From Nitrososphaeraceae archaeon (lineage in GTDB: Archaea; Thermoproteota; Nitrososphaeria; Nitrososphaerales; Nitrososphaeraceae): 64,000 bases of DNA. The number at the start of each line of letters is the position of its first letter. The stretch's first letter is position 1. The notes beneath the pieces are model-generated. The model worked only from the letters and a program-made list of their open reading frames with translations. It ran no database searches and was not told the origin of the DNA. Made by a program: the position numbers and the translations under genes. Below are positions 30,460 to 40,314 of this stretch, one piece after another. The stretch spans positions 43-64,042 of the forward strand of contig JBNAIF010000127.1 in NCBI GenBank assembly GCA_050043595.1, read 5' to 3'.

Positions 30460-31749
30460 TTAGAATCCAGCTTTTATAGGATTCTTAGGTTTTATTAATT
30501 CTCTTAGAAGAATTGTAGCATATGATCCCTTTGGTAAATTAAATTTGATGTTAATAATATCATTGATTTTATTATTTTTTTTATTATTTAAAAACACAAA
30601 ATTATTACAACAGAGCAATGTTTGTCTAAAACCTCCTTGTAAACTTAATTCCTGCAATTCTTTTAAATAAAAATCTTTTTTTGATATTCCTTCACTTTTT
30701 AGAATCTTATTACAAATTGTATCAAATCGTCTCTTTCCAGGTTGGTAGCTATAACCAACAAGAAACATTGCTGGAGTAAAATTGGATGGATTGTCGATAC
30801 TTTTCTCAAATTTCTTAATTTTGCCAAATGTCATAGGTTGTTTAAATTCAAAACAAAGATCGCCATTTTTACACTCAGATATATCTTCTCCAGAAATAAT
30901 AGCCTCACTTAGACATTTATTAAAAATAAAAGACTGATACGCATTTACAAATATTCTTCTAATATTAATTGGAATGGATCGTATTGCATGAATATGATTT
31001 TTACCTTCGAGTAATGTAGTTATTATCTTTTTTTCCAAGTCCATTCCGTTTGGAATATACTTAATAATGTATTTATAATTATTAGGATCTTTACTTTTTT
31101 CTCGTATTTCTTTACTAAATTTAGAATCATATTTAGTAGTATAGGATAAAAGATAGTCTATTGCTAATTCATAGCGGTTTTTTATCAATGCTTTCCCAAC
31201 AAGATGAGTAACTAATCTTTCACTTCCAAATCTTTGTAGACCATAAAAATTTGCAATATTTTTTACTTCTTTTAAAAATTCAGAGATATCACTAGAATTA
31301 ATATTATTTATTATAATATTGAATCTATTGCCTAATAACATTTTTTTTGAAATAGGAAACTTTGTAAAACCTTTTAACGATAATTTAATATTAGATAGAT
31401 CTATTTGAGATATGTTTTTTATCTTTTCTGATGTTGCATATTGAAATGTAATAGCTTTGGCATCTTTAATTCCTATAATTTTTAACTTCAAATTGTATTT
31501 TTTTTGAATTTTTAAAATAGCATGATTTGAATCAATGTTTTGCTTTTCTAATACATACAGTGGAAATTTATGTGAATTATCTTTAACGTTAGAAAAATTA
31601 GGTGATTGTAAAAAAGATGGCTCTAAAATTTCGCGTACACAAAAATCTGAAAGATTTTTTTTTATTATTCCTCTTGTTCCTCTAAAAGATGTACTATAAC
31701 ATTGAATTCCTGCTAATGAATCAATTTCAGGTATTTTTGTATATTGCAT
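30460..31749 (-). CDS. truD: tRNA pseudouridine(13) synthase TruD
   Basis: DFCVRE, GIKDAKAITFQ (catalytic Asp), NFYGLQRFG, FNLPKGSYATILLRE; start moved to ATG 31749. Confidence 0.95.
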   Translation of the reverse strand: MQYTKIPEIDSLAGIQCYSTSFRGTRGIIKKNLSDFCVREILEPSFLQSPNFSNVKDNSHKFPLYVLEKQNIDSNHAILKIQKKYNLKLKIIGIKDAKAITFQYATSEKIKNISQIDLSNIKLSLKGFTKFPISKKMLLGNRFNIIINNINSSDISEFLKEVKNIANFYGLQRFGSERLVTHLVGKALIKNRYELAIDYLLSYTTKYDSKFSKEIREKSKDPNNYKYIIKYIPNGMDLEKKIITTLLEGKNHIHAIRSIPINIRRIFVNAYQSFIFNKCLSEAIISGEDISECKNGDLCFEFKQPMTFGKIKKFEKSIDNPSNFTPAMFLVGYSYQPGKRRFDTICNKILKSEGISKKDFYLKELQELSLQGGFRQTLLCCNNFVFLNNKKNNKINDIINIKFNLPKGSYATILLRELIKPKNPIKAGF

Positions 31750-31875
31750 AATTAACGTATATTTATTAAAAATATAATTCAAATAGATTAATATATTTTT
31801 AAATAATGATTCAAAAAAAATAAATTAATTTCAAAGGTGATAAAGGATTTATATTCTAACTGTGATAATTACCAT

Positions 31876-32262
31876 ATGGGAATATGTGCATACATGGCAA
31901 AGGAAGTGAAGAAAGAAATAAGTAATAAATCTAAAGAGTTTTATGAATTTATAATGCCTGCAATAGATATGGTAGAAAATGATAGTGATTTGATCATTTT
32001 GATAGATTTACCTGGATTTGATAAGAATAATATTAATCTTAAAATTACGAAAAACATCTTGTCTATAAAAGCAACAAGGAAAGAAGAAGAATATAATGGA
32101 ACAATATATTTCATGCACAGACCTACTAAAATAGATAAAAAAATAACTCTTCCGTTTTCGGTTGTTGACGAAGATATTACTGGAACGGCAAAGTATGATG
32201 AGGGAATAATTACATTAAAGATTCCTATAAAAAATGATGGAAATATAATTCCTATTTCTTAA
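31876..32262 (+). CDS. small heat-shock protein (Hsp20 family)
   Basis: PAIDMVE..IDLPGFDK..AKYDEGIITLKIP; start moved to ATG 31876. Confidence 0.93.
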   Translation: MGICAYMAKEVKKEISNKSKEFYEFIMPAIDMVENDSDLIILIDLPGFDKNNINLKITKNILSIKATRKEEEYNGTIYFMHRPTKIDKKITLPFSVVDEDITGTAKYDEGIITLKIPIKNDGNIIPIS

Positions 32263-32291
32263 AGTAATTAAAAAGACTAACTCGTTATTTT

Positions 32292-33239
32292 TTATTCTGC
32301 GGATAGATCCCAATAATTTGCATCATTGAATTCTATTTTTGGTTTTCCTAATGCTTTCCAATCCTTAAAAGATCTAGAATATAATTTTACATTTTTAACT
32401 CCTGCAGTTTTTAATGCGTAGTATGTTAAACCTGATAAAGTGCCTACACTACCACAATATGTAATGACTTCAGAATCTTGAGAAATTCCTCTATTTTGAA
32501 GAAAACGTTTTATTTCTGATAGCGGACGTAAAATATTATCTTGGTTTCCTAACATGGTATAGGGAATATTCTTTGCATGTGGGATATGTTCAGTTAGAAA
32601 ATTTAGTCGTTCTCTTGAATCAACTAATATTTTATTAGAATCAGTATTAATTGATTCAACATAATTAGCATCAGCATATATTGAAGTATTTAATTTTAAA
32701 GAATGTTTGGATTTTGGAAATTTATTATTTTTTTTCTCGGTTTCGAGTTTAAGATTTTTCCAATTTGTAAAGGTTGTTTCTAAGAGAGCAGTATTATTAT
32801 GACCTACATATTGAAATGTCCATGCAACTCTTGCTGCCAATGCACCAAATGTATCATCATATACAACTACAGGTGTTTCATCTGAAATTCCCAGATTTTC
32901 CAATATTTTTAATATTTGTTCTGGGGTATCATTAGCAAGTAATTCTGCCAATGGCAGCGATACAGCTGAAAGGATATGACTTTTTTTATAATCTTCTTTT
33001 CTTCGGACATCAACTACTCTAACATTTTTTTTTCTTATTAATGTTCTTAGAGTATCTATATCACAAATGATAGGTAATTTTATTGATTTTTTTGGTTGTG
33101 TTTTTTTTCTATTTGTTTGATTGTTATTGTTTTCAGTTGTATTTTTATTTGTTTTTTTATGTATTACTTTTTTATTTTGAGTTTTGGGTTTTATTTTTTT
33201 TTGAGATTTTACTATTGTAGTCTTTAATTTTTTAATCAA
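32292..33239 (-). CDS. tandem-domain rhodanese / sulfurtransferase
   Basis: VVDVR..HILSA, VYDD, DSRE..HIPHA and active-site YCGSVG. TTG start overlaps the upstream TGA (TTGA coupling). Confidence 0.9.
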   Translation of the reverse strand: MIKKLKTTIVKSQKKIKPKTQNKKVIHKKTNKNTTENNNNQTNRKKTQPKKSIKLPIICDIDTLRTLIRKKNVRVVDVRRKEDYKKSHILSAVSLPLAELLANDTPEQILKILENLGISDETPVVVYDDTFGALAARVAWTFQYVGHNNTALLETTFTNWKNLKLETEKKNNKFPKSKHSLKLNTSIYADANYVESINTDSNKILVDSRERLNFLTEHIPHAKNIPYTMLGNQDNILRPLSEIKRFLQNRGISQDSEVITYCGSVGTLSGLTYYALKTAGVKNVKLYSRSFKDWKALGKPKIEFNDANYWDLSAE

Positions 33240-35071
33240 GCTGCACATTCACCCTTAGCTGTTTTTGCTGTAAATTTGACATCGTTTCCATAATCTTGAT
33301 ACAAATCTGGTTCTTCAGTAGACGGAGGTAATTCTGTTATAGAAATAAGAATATTTTTTATATCATCAATGTTTTTTATGTTACCGTTAGCATTACCATT
33401 TATAATATCATATATCCATTCTTCAAATGATTCGTTTTTAGATGTTTTTTCTTGTTTATAAAGATCTGCGATTTTTTGAATTATAGGAATAATTTTTTTA
33501 GCTGGAACTCTCATAATAGATTTACCTAATCTACCTTGTTCACCATCTGAACCTCCAAATAACATAGTATAAACAGGTGCCATAGAATCATTTATTCGAG
33601 CTGCACCTCCAAAAAATCCTATAGTAGCAATCTCATGTTGACCACAAGAATTTGGACATCCGCTGATCTTAATAGAAGAATTTTTAAAGTCGTCGTCTAT
33701 ATCGAATTTTAAATCAAGTAGTTTGCGCTGTACTTCTTTAGCTAATCTATGAGAATTAGTTATTGCTAAATTGCAGGATGTAGTACCAGAACAGCCAACA
33801 GCAGATGTTATTGTTAGTGCACCTGGATTGGATAATCCAGCTAAAGTTAGTTTTTTGTAAACATTGTGTAAATCATTGTAACTAACATATCTAATAGCGA
33901 AATTTTGTTTAGGAGTATTTCTAGCCATGCCTTCATGTGAATAATTTTGAATAATTGAAGATAAAGATCGTAGTTGATTTGAAGTTATATCTCCAGCTTC
34001 AAGTGTTACAAATATAGTATAATAACCATCTTGTTTTTGTTTTACAGTATTTGATTTCATCCAGCGTGTAAAATTTTCATTAAAAATAGGATCCTTGCTT
34101 AATGTAGATATAACTTTATTGGAATATATTTTTGGAAGTATTTTTAAAGACTTTGTAAATTTAACATCGTAGAGATTTTTGGTATTTTCTGAAATGGTCA
34201 TTTCTACAATAGTACGTTCTTTTAAGATCATATCTTGGAATTTTTCCCATCCTGTTTCATTTACTAGATAGCGCATTCGATTTCTAGCCATATTTTGACG
34301 ATTACCATTTCTATCAAATATTCGGACTACAGCCATACATGTAGACAATAATTGATCTTCAGAAGTAAAATCTTCAAGTAAATGTCCTATAAAAGAAGCA
34401 GCTCCTAATCCACCTCCTAAATATATCCTAAATCCTTTTTTTCCTTCTCTTATTTCAGGTACTAATCCGATATCAGCGATCCTAACCAAACCATGTTCAT
34501 TACAACATGCAAAATTTATTTTGAATTTACGTGGTAAATTTTGACACATTGGATTACGTAAAAAGAAGCGCGCAATTGCATTTGAATAAGGAGTAGAATC
34601 AAATGATTCGTTAGGGCATACTCCAGCAAAATGACTACACATAACATTCCTAATAGAATTTCCGCATGCTTCTCTAGTAGTTAATCCTACTTCAACCAAA
34701 CCTCTCATTACTTCGCTGACATCTTCGAGCTGTACCCAATGAAGCTGAATATTTTGTCTCGTTGAAACATGAGCAGAACCAATGGAAAATGCTTCAGATA
34801 AAGAAGCTATTTTTTCTAATTGCGCGGGATTAATTTCGCCGCTAGGAAATTTTATCCGGATCATACTATAGTCAAGTCTTAATCTCGATCCATATGCACC
34901 ATGTTGAAGTCTAAATCTTCTAAAATCATCTCCAGATAATTTATTTAGTCTATAAAGCTTAACCTTGTTAGCAAAATTTTCAGTTTCTTTTTCTAAACCC
35001 CATTTATGGTTAGAGTTGGAAAAATATTTTGATTTATGTTTAATTTTAATTAATTCATTATTTTTTTTCAA
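33236..35071 (-). CDS. ferredoxin-dependent siroheme sulfite/nitrite reductase
   Basis: STRQNIQLHW, LPRKFKI, siroheme-[4Fe-4S] ligands CSGTTSC and SGCPNSC; coupled to a rhodanese, favouring sulfite reduction. Confidence 0.93.
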   Translation of the reverse strand: MKKNNELIKIKHKSKYFSNSNHKWGLEKETENFANKVKLYRLNKLSGDDFRRFRLQHGAYGSRLRLDYSMIRIKFPSGEINPAQLEKIASLSEAFSIGSAHVSTRQNIQLHWVQLEDVSEVMRGLVEVGLTTREACGNSIRNVMCSHFAGVCPNESFDSTPYSNAIARFFLRNPMCQNLPRKFKINFACCNEHGLVRIADIGLVPEIREGKKGFRIYLGGGLGAASFIGHLLEDFTSEDQLLSTCMAVVRIFDRNGNRQNMARNRMRYLVNETGWEKFQDMILKERTIVEMTISENTKNLYDVKFTKSLKILPKIYSNKVISTLSKDPIFNENFTRWMKSNTVKQKQDGYYTIFVTLEAGDITSNQLRSLSSIIQNYSHEGMARNTPKQNFAIRYVSYNDLHNVYKKLTLAGLSNPGALTITSAVGCSGTTSCNLAITNSHRLAKEVQRKLLDLKFDIDDDFKNSSIKISGCPNSCGQHEIATIGFFGGAARINDSMAPVYTMLFGGSDGEQGRLGKSIMRVPAKKIIPIIQKIADLYKQEKTSKNESFEEWIYDIINGNANGNIKNIDDIKNILISITELPPSTEEPDLYQDYGNDVKFTAKTAKGECAA

Positions 35072-35198
35072 TATGTTATTTTAATGTTCTATACAAACTT
35101 TATATTTTTTGTGGAAACGGCAAAAATAAATTTCAAGGATAGACATAACGACAGAAATAATCGTATAATGGATGAGTCTTTTTTAAAATATTAAGGAT

Positions 35199-35738
35199 CT
35201 ATTCAATCCTTGTTACTATTTTAGTATTTGAAGATGGAATTATTTTCATTTTGGCAGAATTAAATTTTAATTCGAGTTGTCTTCCTTGAAAAAATCTATC
35301 TAAGAATACAGATAAAGCTGATATTTCTGAATGAGGTTGATTACTTATAGAAATATTATAGTCAGATAACATGAAAATTTCTTTTGGAACTTTTTCTGCT
35401 CCAATAATAATTAATATATGATCTATCGATTGTTGAATTTCAGATATAATATTATTTATGTTGATTCCATACATAGTAAGATGTACTACTTTTCCTTTAT
35501 CATCATGATCTTTTTTCCAATTTTTTAGCATATGTTTCCAATTATCAATAAGATGTAGTTTAAAACTAGAATAACCCCATCGTTTTGATACATCTTCCAG
35601 TTTAAGTTTAATAGAATCATCTGTATCAGTCATATACATATCACTGCATCCAAATGCTCTAGCTACCAATGCAACATGAGTAGTTGTACGATCATCACGT
35701 ACTAATCTATGTCCAATTCGAAGAATAGATACAGTCAT
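35199..35738 (-). CDS. trm56: tRNA (cytidine(56)-2'-O)-methyltransferase
   Basis: LRIGHRLVRDDRTTTHVALVARAFG, VHLTMYG, GAEKVP, NQPHSEISAL. Confidence 0.96.
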   Translation of the reverse strand: MTVSILRIGHRLVRDDRTTTHVALVARAFGCSDMYMTDTDDSIKLKLEDVSKRWGYSSFKLHLIDNWKHMLKNWKKDHDDKGKVVHLTMYGININNIISEIQQSIDHILIIIGAEKVPKEIFMLSDYNISISNQPHSEISALSVFLDRFFQGRQLELKFNSAKMKIIPSSNTKIVTRIE

Positions 35739-36862
35739 TAAGATATTCTCCTGTAATAGGACATATTCTTATTGTAAGAAAGTTGGCTATTTTTATAGAT
35801 TATGGAAGCAATTTTTTGTTTTAAGGTGTTAATATTATAACCTGTAACTGCAGAGATAGGAATTACCATATTGTAAGAGTTGAGTCCTAATTGATCTGCT
35901 TTTATAGAAATCTGTTTTATATCAATTGAATCTGATTTATTGAGTAAATAAAGAATTTTTGTAGTAGGTATTTGTAATTCATCAAGTACATCAAGAGAAC
36001 TTTTTAATCTCAATCTAATATCATTTATGGTTTGACTTATATCTATAATAAGCAATATAAGATTTGAATAATATAGTTCATTTAATGTGGATTTAAAAGC
36101 GTCTATCATATATGCTGGAAGTTTATTTATAAATCCAACAGTATCAGAAATCAAAATTCTAGTATTAAATAATTTGATCGACCTAGTAAACGTAGACAAG
36201 GTAGTAAATAATCCTTGTCCAGTAAGTTTTGTTTCTCCAGTAAGATAATTAAACAAGGTTGTCTTTCCAGCAGAAGTATAGCCAATTAATGATATTATTG
36301 GAATTCCCATTTTTTTCCGTTGTTGTCTATAGAGATTTCTTCTTTTTTCTTCTTTCTCCAATTTTTTCTTTAATTTATTCATTCTAGACTTTAAGTCTAG
36401 CATAGAGACATCAGCATCATATTTACCTAAACCATAAAAACCAGGTTGCTCACCAATCTTAGCAAGACGAATTTTTTCTCGGATTCTAATCATTTCATAT
36501 TGAAGTTGAGCCATTTTGATTTGTATTCTAGATTCAGAATTACTTGCGCGTCTTTCAAATATTTCTAAAATTAAACGTTCTCTATCTATTATGTTAATTT
36601 TACATAAGCTAGCTAAATTATATAATTGGCTTGGTTTTAATACATCATCAATAATCAGAAAATCAATATTTTCTTTGCTGATAATATCTTTGAGTTCGTA
36701 GGCTTTTCCCTTACCTACACCATATTTAGAGCGATTAATACATCTATGTCCTATTGTTTTAGATACATAATAATCAGCTGCAGACGCTAGAGACTTTGCT
36801 TCTTCAATTGATTCATTAGAATTGTAGGTAACAAGAAGAGCTCTTTTACCTGAAGTAATCAT
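35738..36862 (-). CDS. hflX: ribosome-splitting GTPase HflX
   Basis: DRERLILEIF, GYTSAGKTT, LFTTL, DTVGFI, NKSD, ISA. Confidence 0.95.
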   Translation of the reverse strand: MITSGKRALLVTYNSNESIEEAKSLASAADYYVSKTIGHRCINRSKYGVGKGKAYELKDIISKENIDFLIIDDVLKPSQLYNLASLCKINIIDRERLILEIFERRASNSESRIQIKMAQLQYEMIRIREKIRLAKIGEQPGFYGLGKYDADVSMLDLKSRMNKLKKKLEKEEKRRNLYRQQRKKMGIPIISLIGYTSAGKTTLFNYLTGETKLTGQGLFTTLSTFTRSIKLFNTRILISDTVGFINKLPAYMIDAFKSTLNELYYSNLILLIIDISQTINDIRLRLKSSLDVLDELQIPTTKILYLLNKSDSIDIKQISIKADQLGLNSYNMVIPISAVTGYNINTLKQKIASIIYKNSQLSYNKNMSYYRRIS

Positions 36863-36865
36863 TAT

Positions 36866-37336
36866 TTATTCATCTTCTTGATCATCAATGATATTATATA
36901 ATATGATACCTAAAGATCGTTCAATTTTTTTTGCTACAATATCGTCAGGTTTTAAATTACCAGATTCGATTTTCTTGATTAAAGAAACTTTTTCACCTAT
37001 TCTATTTGCTATTTGCTCTTGTGTAAAACCCTTTGTCATACGAGCATTTCGTATTATTTGACCAAATTTATCGTTCAAGATACGATCATCAAAAATTCCA
37101 ATATTTTTTGATCGATTTAATGTATTTCGTTGTGGTGTTCTTGCCATAGGAGGTGTGTATGTAATTTTTTTTCCTGATTCTTTTTGTTTATTCAGGATTT
37201 TACGATTATTTTCTTCCTTTTGGTATGGTTTACCATGTTTAGAACAAGAAAAACATACGCTAAATACACTTCCGTCAACAATTACACGCTTAAGAGTAAT
37301 AGTAGAAATCCCACATAACTCACAAAATGAGGACAT
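36866..37336 (-). CDS. archaeal multiprotein bridging factor aMBF1
   Basis: N-terminal CELCG/CFSC zinc ribbon and C-terminal Cro-type HTH. Confidence 0.92.
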   Translation of the reverse strand: MSSFCELCGISTITLKRVIVDGSVFSVCFSCSKHGKPYQKEENNRKILNKQKESGKKITYTPPMARTPQRNTLNRSKNIGIFDDRILNDKFGQIIRNARMTKGFTQEQIANRIGEKVSLIKKIESGNLKPDDIVAKKIERSLGIILYNIIDDQEDE

Positions 37337-37459
37337 TATATAATATTATAACCATGTAAAATTTAGTCTTTTCTTATAATATAGCAAAAGATTTTTTGAG
37401 AAATAATAATCAAAAAGTACAATATAAAATAAATTAGTATTGAAGAATATAGTCATTAC

Positions 37460-37945
37460 TTGAAACCATTGCCAATCGATCCTAGAGAAAAATTGATTAA
37501 TCAGATATATATGATATTTGATGTTAAGGTATCGGATAATTTTGTTAAAAATATTAATTGTGAATTTTCGAAAAAAACAGGCAGAATAAAGAATTTTTTT
37601 ATAGATTCAATATTGTTTGCAACATTAAGAAAAAATGGAGGATTGGCATTAACAATATTTGGAGCAGAAAAAATGATGATGTATAAATCCTTCAGAAAAA
37701 ATTGCATAATACCAAAAAATGAAGCGATATCATTTGTTTGTGAAGGAAGATCATTATTTTGTAAACATGTAGATTGGTGCGGTATAAATGTGCAGAATGG
37801 ATCTGATGTTGTAGTAGTGGATAATGAATATAATGTCTTGGCAGTTGGAAAATCTGTGTGTAGCCATCACAATATGAAAAAATTGCAATATGGAGTAGCA
37901 GTAAAAATTAGAGAAGGAATAAAAAGCAGGAATAACAATAAGTAG
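37460..37945 (+). CDS. stand-alone PUA-domain protein resembling the C-terminal part of archaeosine tRNA-guanine transglycosylase
   Basis: SKKTGRIK, ATLR..GGLALT, FV.EGRSLFCKHV, DVVVVD..VLAVGK, GVAVKIREG. Confidence 0.8.
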   Translation: MKPLPIDPREKLINQIYMIFDVKVSDNFVKNINCEFSKKTGRIKNFFIDSILFATLRKNGGLALTIFGAEKMMMYKSFRKNCIIPKNEAISFVCEGRSLFCKHVDWCGINVQNGSDVVVVDNEYNVLAVGKSVCSHHNMKKLQYGVAVKIREGIKSRNNNK

Positions 37946-38292
37946 TGATCCAAATGATGCGTGGTGGAAATAGAGAAATGAGACGTATGTTAGGAAAGAT
38001 GGGTTTAGACATGAAGGAAATGGAAGGTATAGAAGAAGTAATAATAAAAACAGAAAATAAAGAAATGTATTTGATAAAACCTCAAGTAGTAGAAATGAAA
38101 GGAAAGGATAATACTATTTTTCAAATAATTGCTTCAGATATTGAAGAAAAACAACGCGAAGTTCCATCTATAAAAGAAGAAGACATATCATTGGTAATGC
38201 AACAAGCAAATGTATCAAAGGATAAGGCTCTGCAAGCTTTAACAGATTCAAAAGGTGACATTGCACAAGCAATTTTAACTTTAACTACATAA
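37945..38292 (+). CDS. nac: nascent polypeptide-associated complex protein (aNAC)
   Basis: MRRMLGKMGLDM..IEEVII; C-terminal UBA domain (LVMQQANVS..GDIAQAIL). Confidence 0.95.
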   Translation: MIQMMRGGNREMRRMLGKMGLDMKEMEGIEEVIIKTENKEMYLIKPQVVEMKGKDNTIFQIIASDIEEKQREVPSIKEEDISLVMQQANVSKDKALQALTDSKGDIAQAILTLTT

Positions 38293-38333
38293 AATGTATA
38301 ATAAATTTCTGACAACATATTTTTATAAATAAG

Positions 38334-39155
38334 TTATGGATTATTATCATGATTTTGATTAAGACCCCATTTAGATCTTACTCTTTCTTCTAATTTTGAA
38401 AATAACAATCTATCAAATAACAAACCAATAGTAAAAATAACAATCATTGTAGCTATTATTTGATCCATTAGATGAAATTCTCTGCCTATAAATAAAATAT
38501 GTCCTAGACCATTTAACGTAGTAATTAATATTTCTGCTCCTATTAATGCATGCCATGCAAATGACCATGCTTGTCTTATTCCTATAATTAAAGACGGTGT
38601 TGCTGCCGGGATCATAACATATCTAAATAGTGATAAACCACTTGCACCCATGTTTTTTGCAGCATTTATATAGATAGGAGAAATGTTTCTAATTCCACTG
38701 TATGCAGATATCATAACTGAAAATATAGAACTCATTATAACAACAAACAATATTCCAAAATCATTTATGCCAATTAATAAAATCGCGAATGGAACCCATG
38801 CTATACTCGGAAAAGATTGTAAACCTACTGCAAAGGAACTTAATGTTTTTCCAAAATCTTCGAATTTAACCATTGCCAATCCGATAAATAATCCTAGCGA
38901 AATTGATATTGAAAAACCAATTAATAATCTCCACATTGTAACTCCAATTGCAATAATAAGAGAATTATTAACAAAAAGATCATATAGTGAATGTGCAACC
39001 ATGAGAGGAGAGGGTAAAGAAACTGGAGGCCAAATTCCTAATAAAAAAATTGCTTGCCATATAGAAAGAAATACGACTAAGAAAATAGAGGTGTTTACTA
39101 AATCTTTTATACTAATTTTTGTTTTAATACGAATTCTATTTAATTTGAAAGTCAT
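38334..39155 (-). CDS. ABC transporter permease, nitrate/sulfonate/taurine (SsuC-like) family
   Basis: LPSPLMV, LQSFPSIAWVP, EAA-loop YINAAKNMGAS, WHALIGAE. Confidence 0.92.
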   Translation of the reverse strand: MTFKLNRIRIKTKISIKDLVNTSIFLVVFLSIWQAIFLLGIWPPVSLPSPLMVAHSLYDLFVNNSLIIAIGVTMWRLLIGFSISISLGLFIGLAMVKFEDFGKTLSSFAVGLQSFPSIAWVPFAILLIGINDFGILFVVIMSSIFSVMISAYSGIRNISPIYINAAKNMGASGLSLFRYVMIPAATPSLIIGIRQAWSFAWHALIGAEILITTLNGLGHILFIGREFHLMDQIIATMIVIFTIGLLFDRLLFSKLEERVRSKWGLNQNHDNNP

Positions 39156-39224
39156 TATTAAACACCATGATATTATATTGAATTAGAATAACGTTAAATC
39201 GATTTTCATTTTAATGTTGTTAAT

Positions 39225-39770
39225 TTATTTAGTTAAATTTAGAGATTTAGAATATTCTTTATACATAAGTAATGCAGCAATGGTCTTACAGTCTACTATG
39301 TCACCAGTGATACATTTTTTGAAAGCTGTTTTTAATTTTAATCGTTTTAATTTAATATTTTCGTCATCATCATAACCATAACTAATACTTTTCATTTTTA
39401 AATTAGTCGCTACAAATATAGACATGATTTCTGTACCATATCCAGGAACAAGATACCAATTAAATAGGTGAAAAAATTTACCAGTATATCCAGTTTCTTC
39501 ATATAATTCTCTTTTAGCAGCAATTTTTATTGATTCGTTTTTTTCGATTTTTCCCGCAGGAATCTCTAATAAGGTCTTACCAACTGCATGACGATATTGT
39601 GTTATTAACAAGACTTGATCATTAATTATAGGTATTATACCGACAGAAGGACTATGTTCAACTATTTCTTTTTTTATTTTTTTATTATTAAATATAAATT
39701 CATCCATTCTAACAGAAAATTGACCTGAATGAATTTTTTTTTGAGTTATTACTTTTGCTAATTTCGTCAT
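39225..39770 (-). CDS. NUDIX hydrolase (ADP-ribose pyrophosphatase-like)
   Basis: QYRHAVG..LEIPAG and Nudix box GKIEKNESIKIAAKRELYEETGY. Confidence 0.93.
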   Translation of the reverse strand: MTKLAKVITQKKIHSGQFSVRMDEFIFNNKKIKKEIVEHSPSVGIIPIINDQVLLITQYRHAVGKTLLEIPAGKIEKNESIKIAAKRELYEETGYTGKFFHLFNWYLVPGYGTEIMSIFVATNLKMKSISYGYDDDENIKLKRLKLKTAFKKCITGDIVDCKTIAALLMYKEYSKSLNLTK

Positions 39771-39878
39771 TAATTTATATCTTTAAGTTATTATCTATTT
39801 TAACTGTATATAAAACACATACCAGTAAAAAAACAGCAAAGTTAATTTTATATTTCATTTGAGATTATTGTTATAAAA

Positions 39879-40292
39879 ATGAAATTTATTGACGGTGATG
39901 GAAATATTATTGTACCAAAGTCCGTCAGACCTATTATAGATTATAAAAAAACGTTGTTAGGAAATAAAAAAAATGCGAAAAATCAATACAGATATGGAAA
40001 TTTACATGTAAGAGAATATGAAAATCATTATACTGTTCACATCGATAAAATAGATCCAAGAAAAAACCCGATAGGACATTTACTAATTGATGCACCAGAA
40101 TACATAACTAGTTTTATAATAGCTTCATACATTGGAACTAGTGCAGGTAAAACAATTTATAAGAAGAAAAAAAGCGAAGATAATTTAGAACATAAATCTA
40201 TTGCTGACGCTTTAATAATTGGGGTATTATCTGGATTAGCATCATATACTACAGTACAAAATATATATAATAAAACAAAAAACTTCAAGTAA
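39879..40292 (+). CDS. hypothetical protein with C-terminal hydrophobic helices
   Basis: ATG ORF directly upstream of the ABC1 kinase; H.H.D..DP motif. Confidence 0.7.
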   Translation: MKFIDGDGNIIVPKSVRPIIDYKKTLLGNKKNAKNQYRYGNLHVREYENHYTVHIDKIDPRKNPIGHLLIDAPEYITSFIIASYIGTSAGKTIYKKKKSEDNLEHKSIADALIIGVLSGLASYTTVQNIYNKTKNFK

Positions 40293-40314
40293 ATGTCTAA
40301 TTAATGCTCAGGAA

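Noticed and set aside
35111-35194. 27-codon GTG-initiated plus-strand ORF in a slightly GC-richer spacer upstream of the sulfite reductase; also considered as a C/D sRNA
   Set aside because: No motif, no properly spaced promoter, and no C/D box pair or stable hairpin seen.
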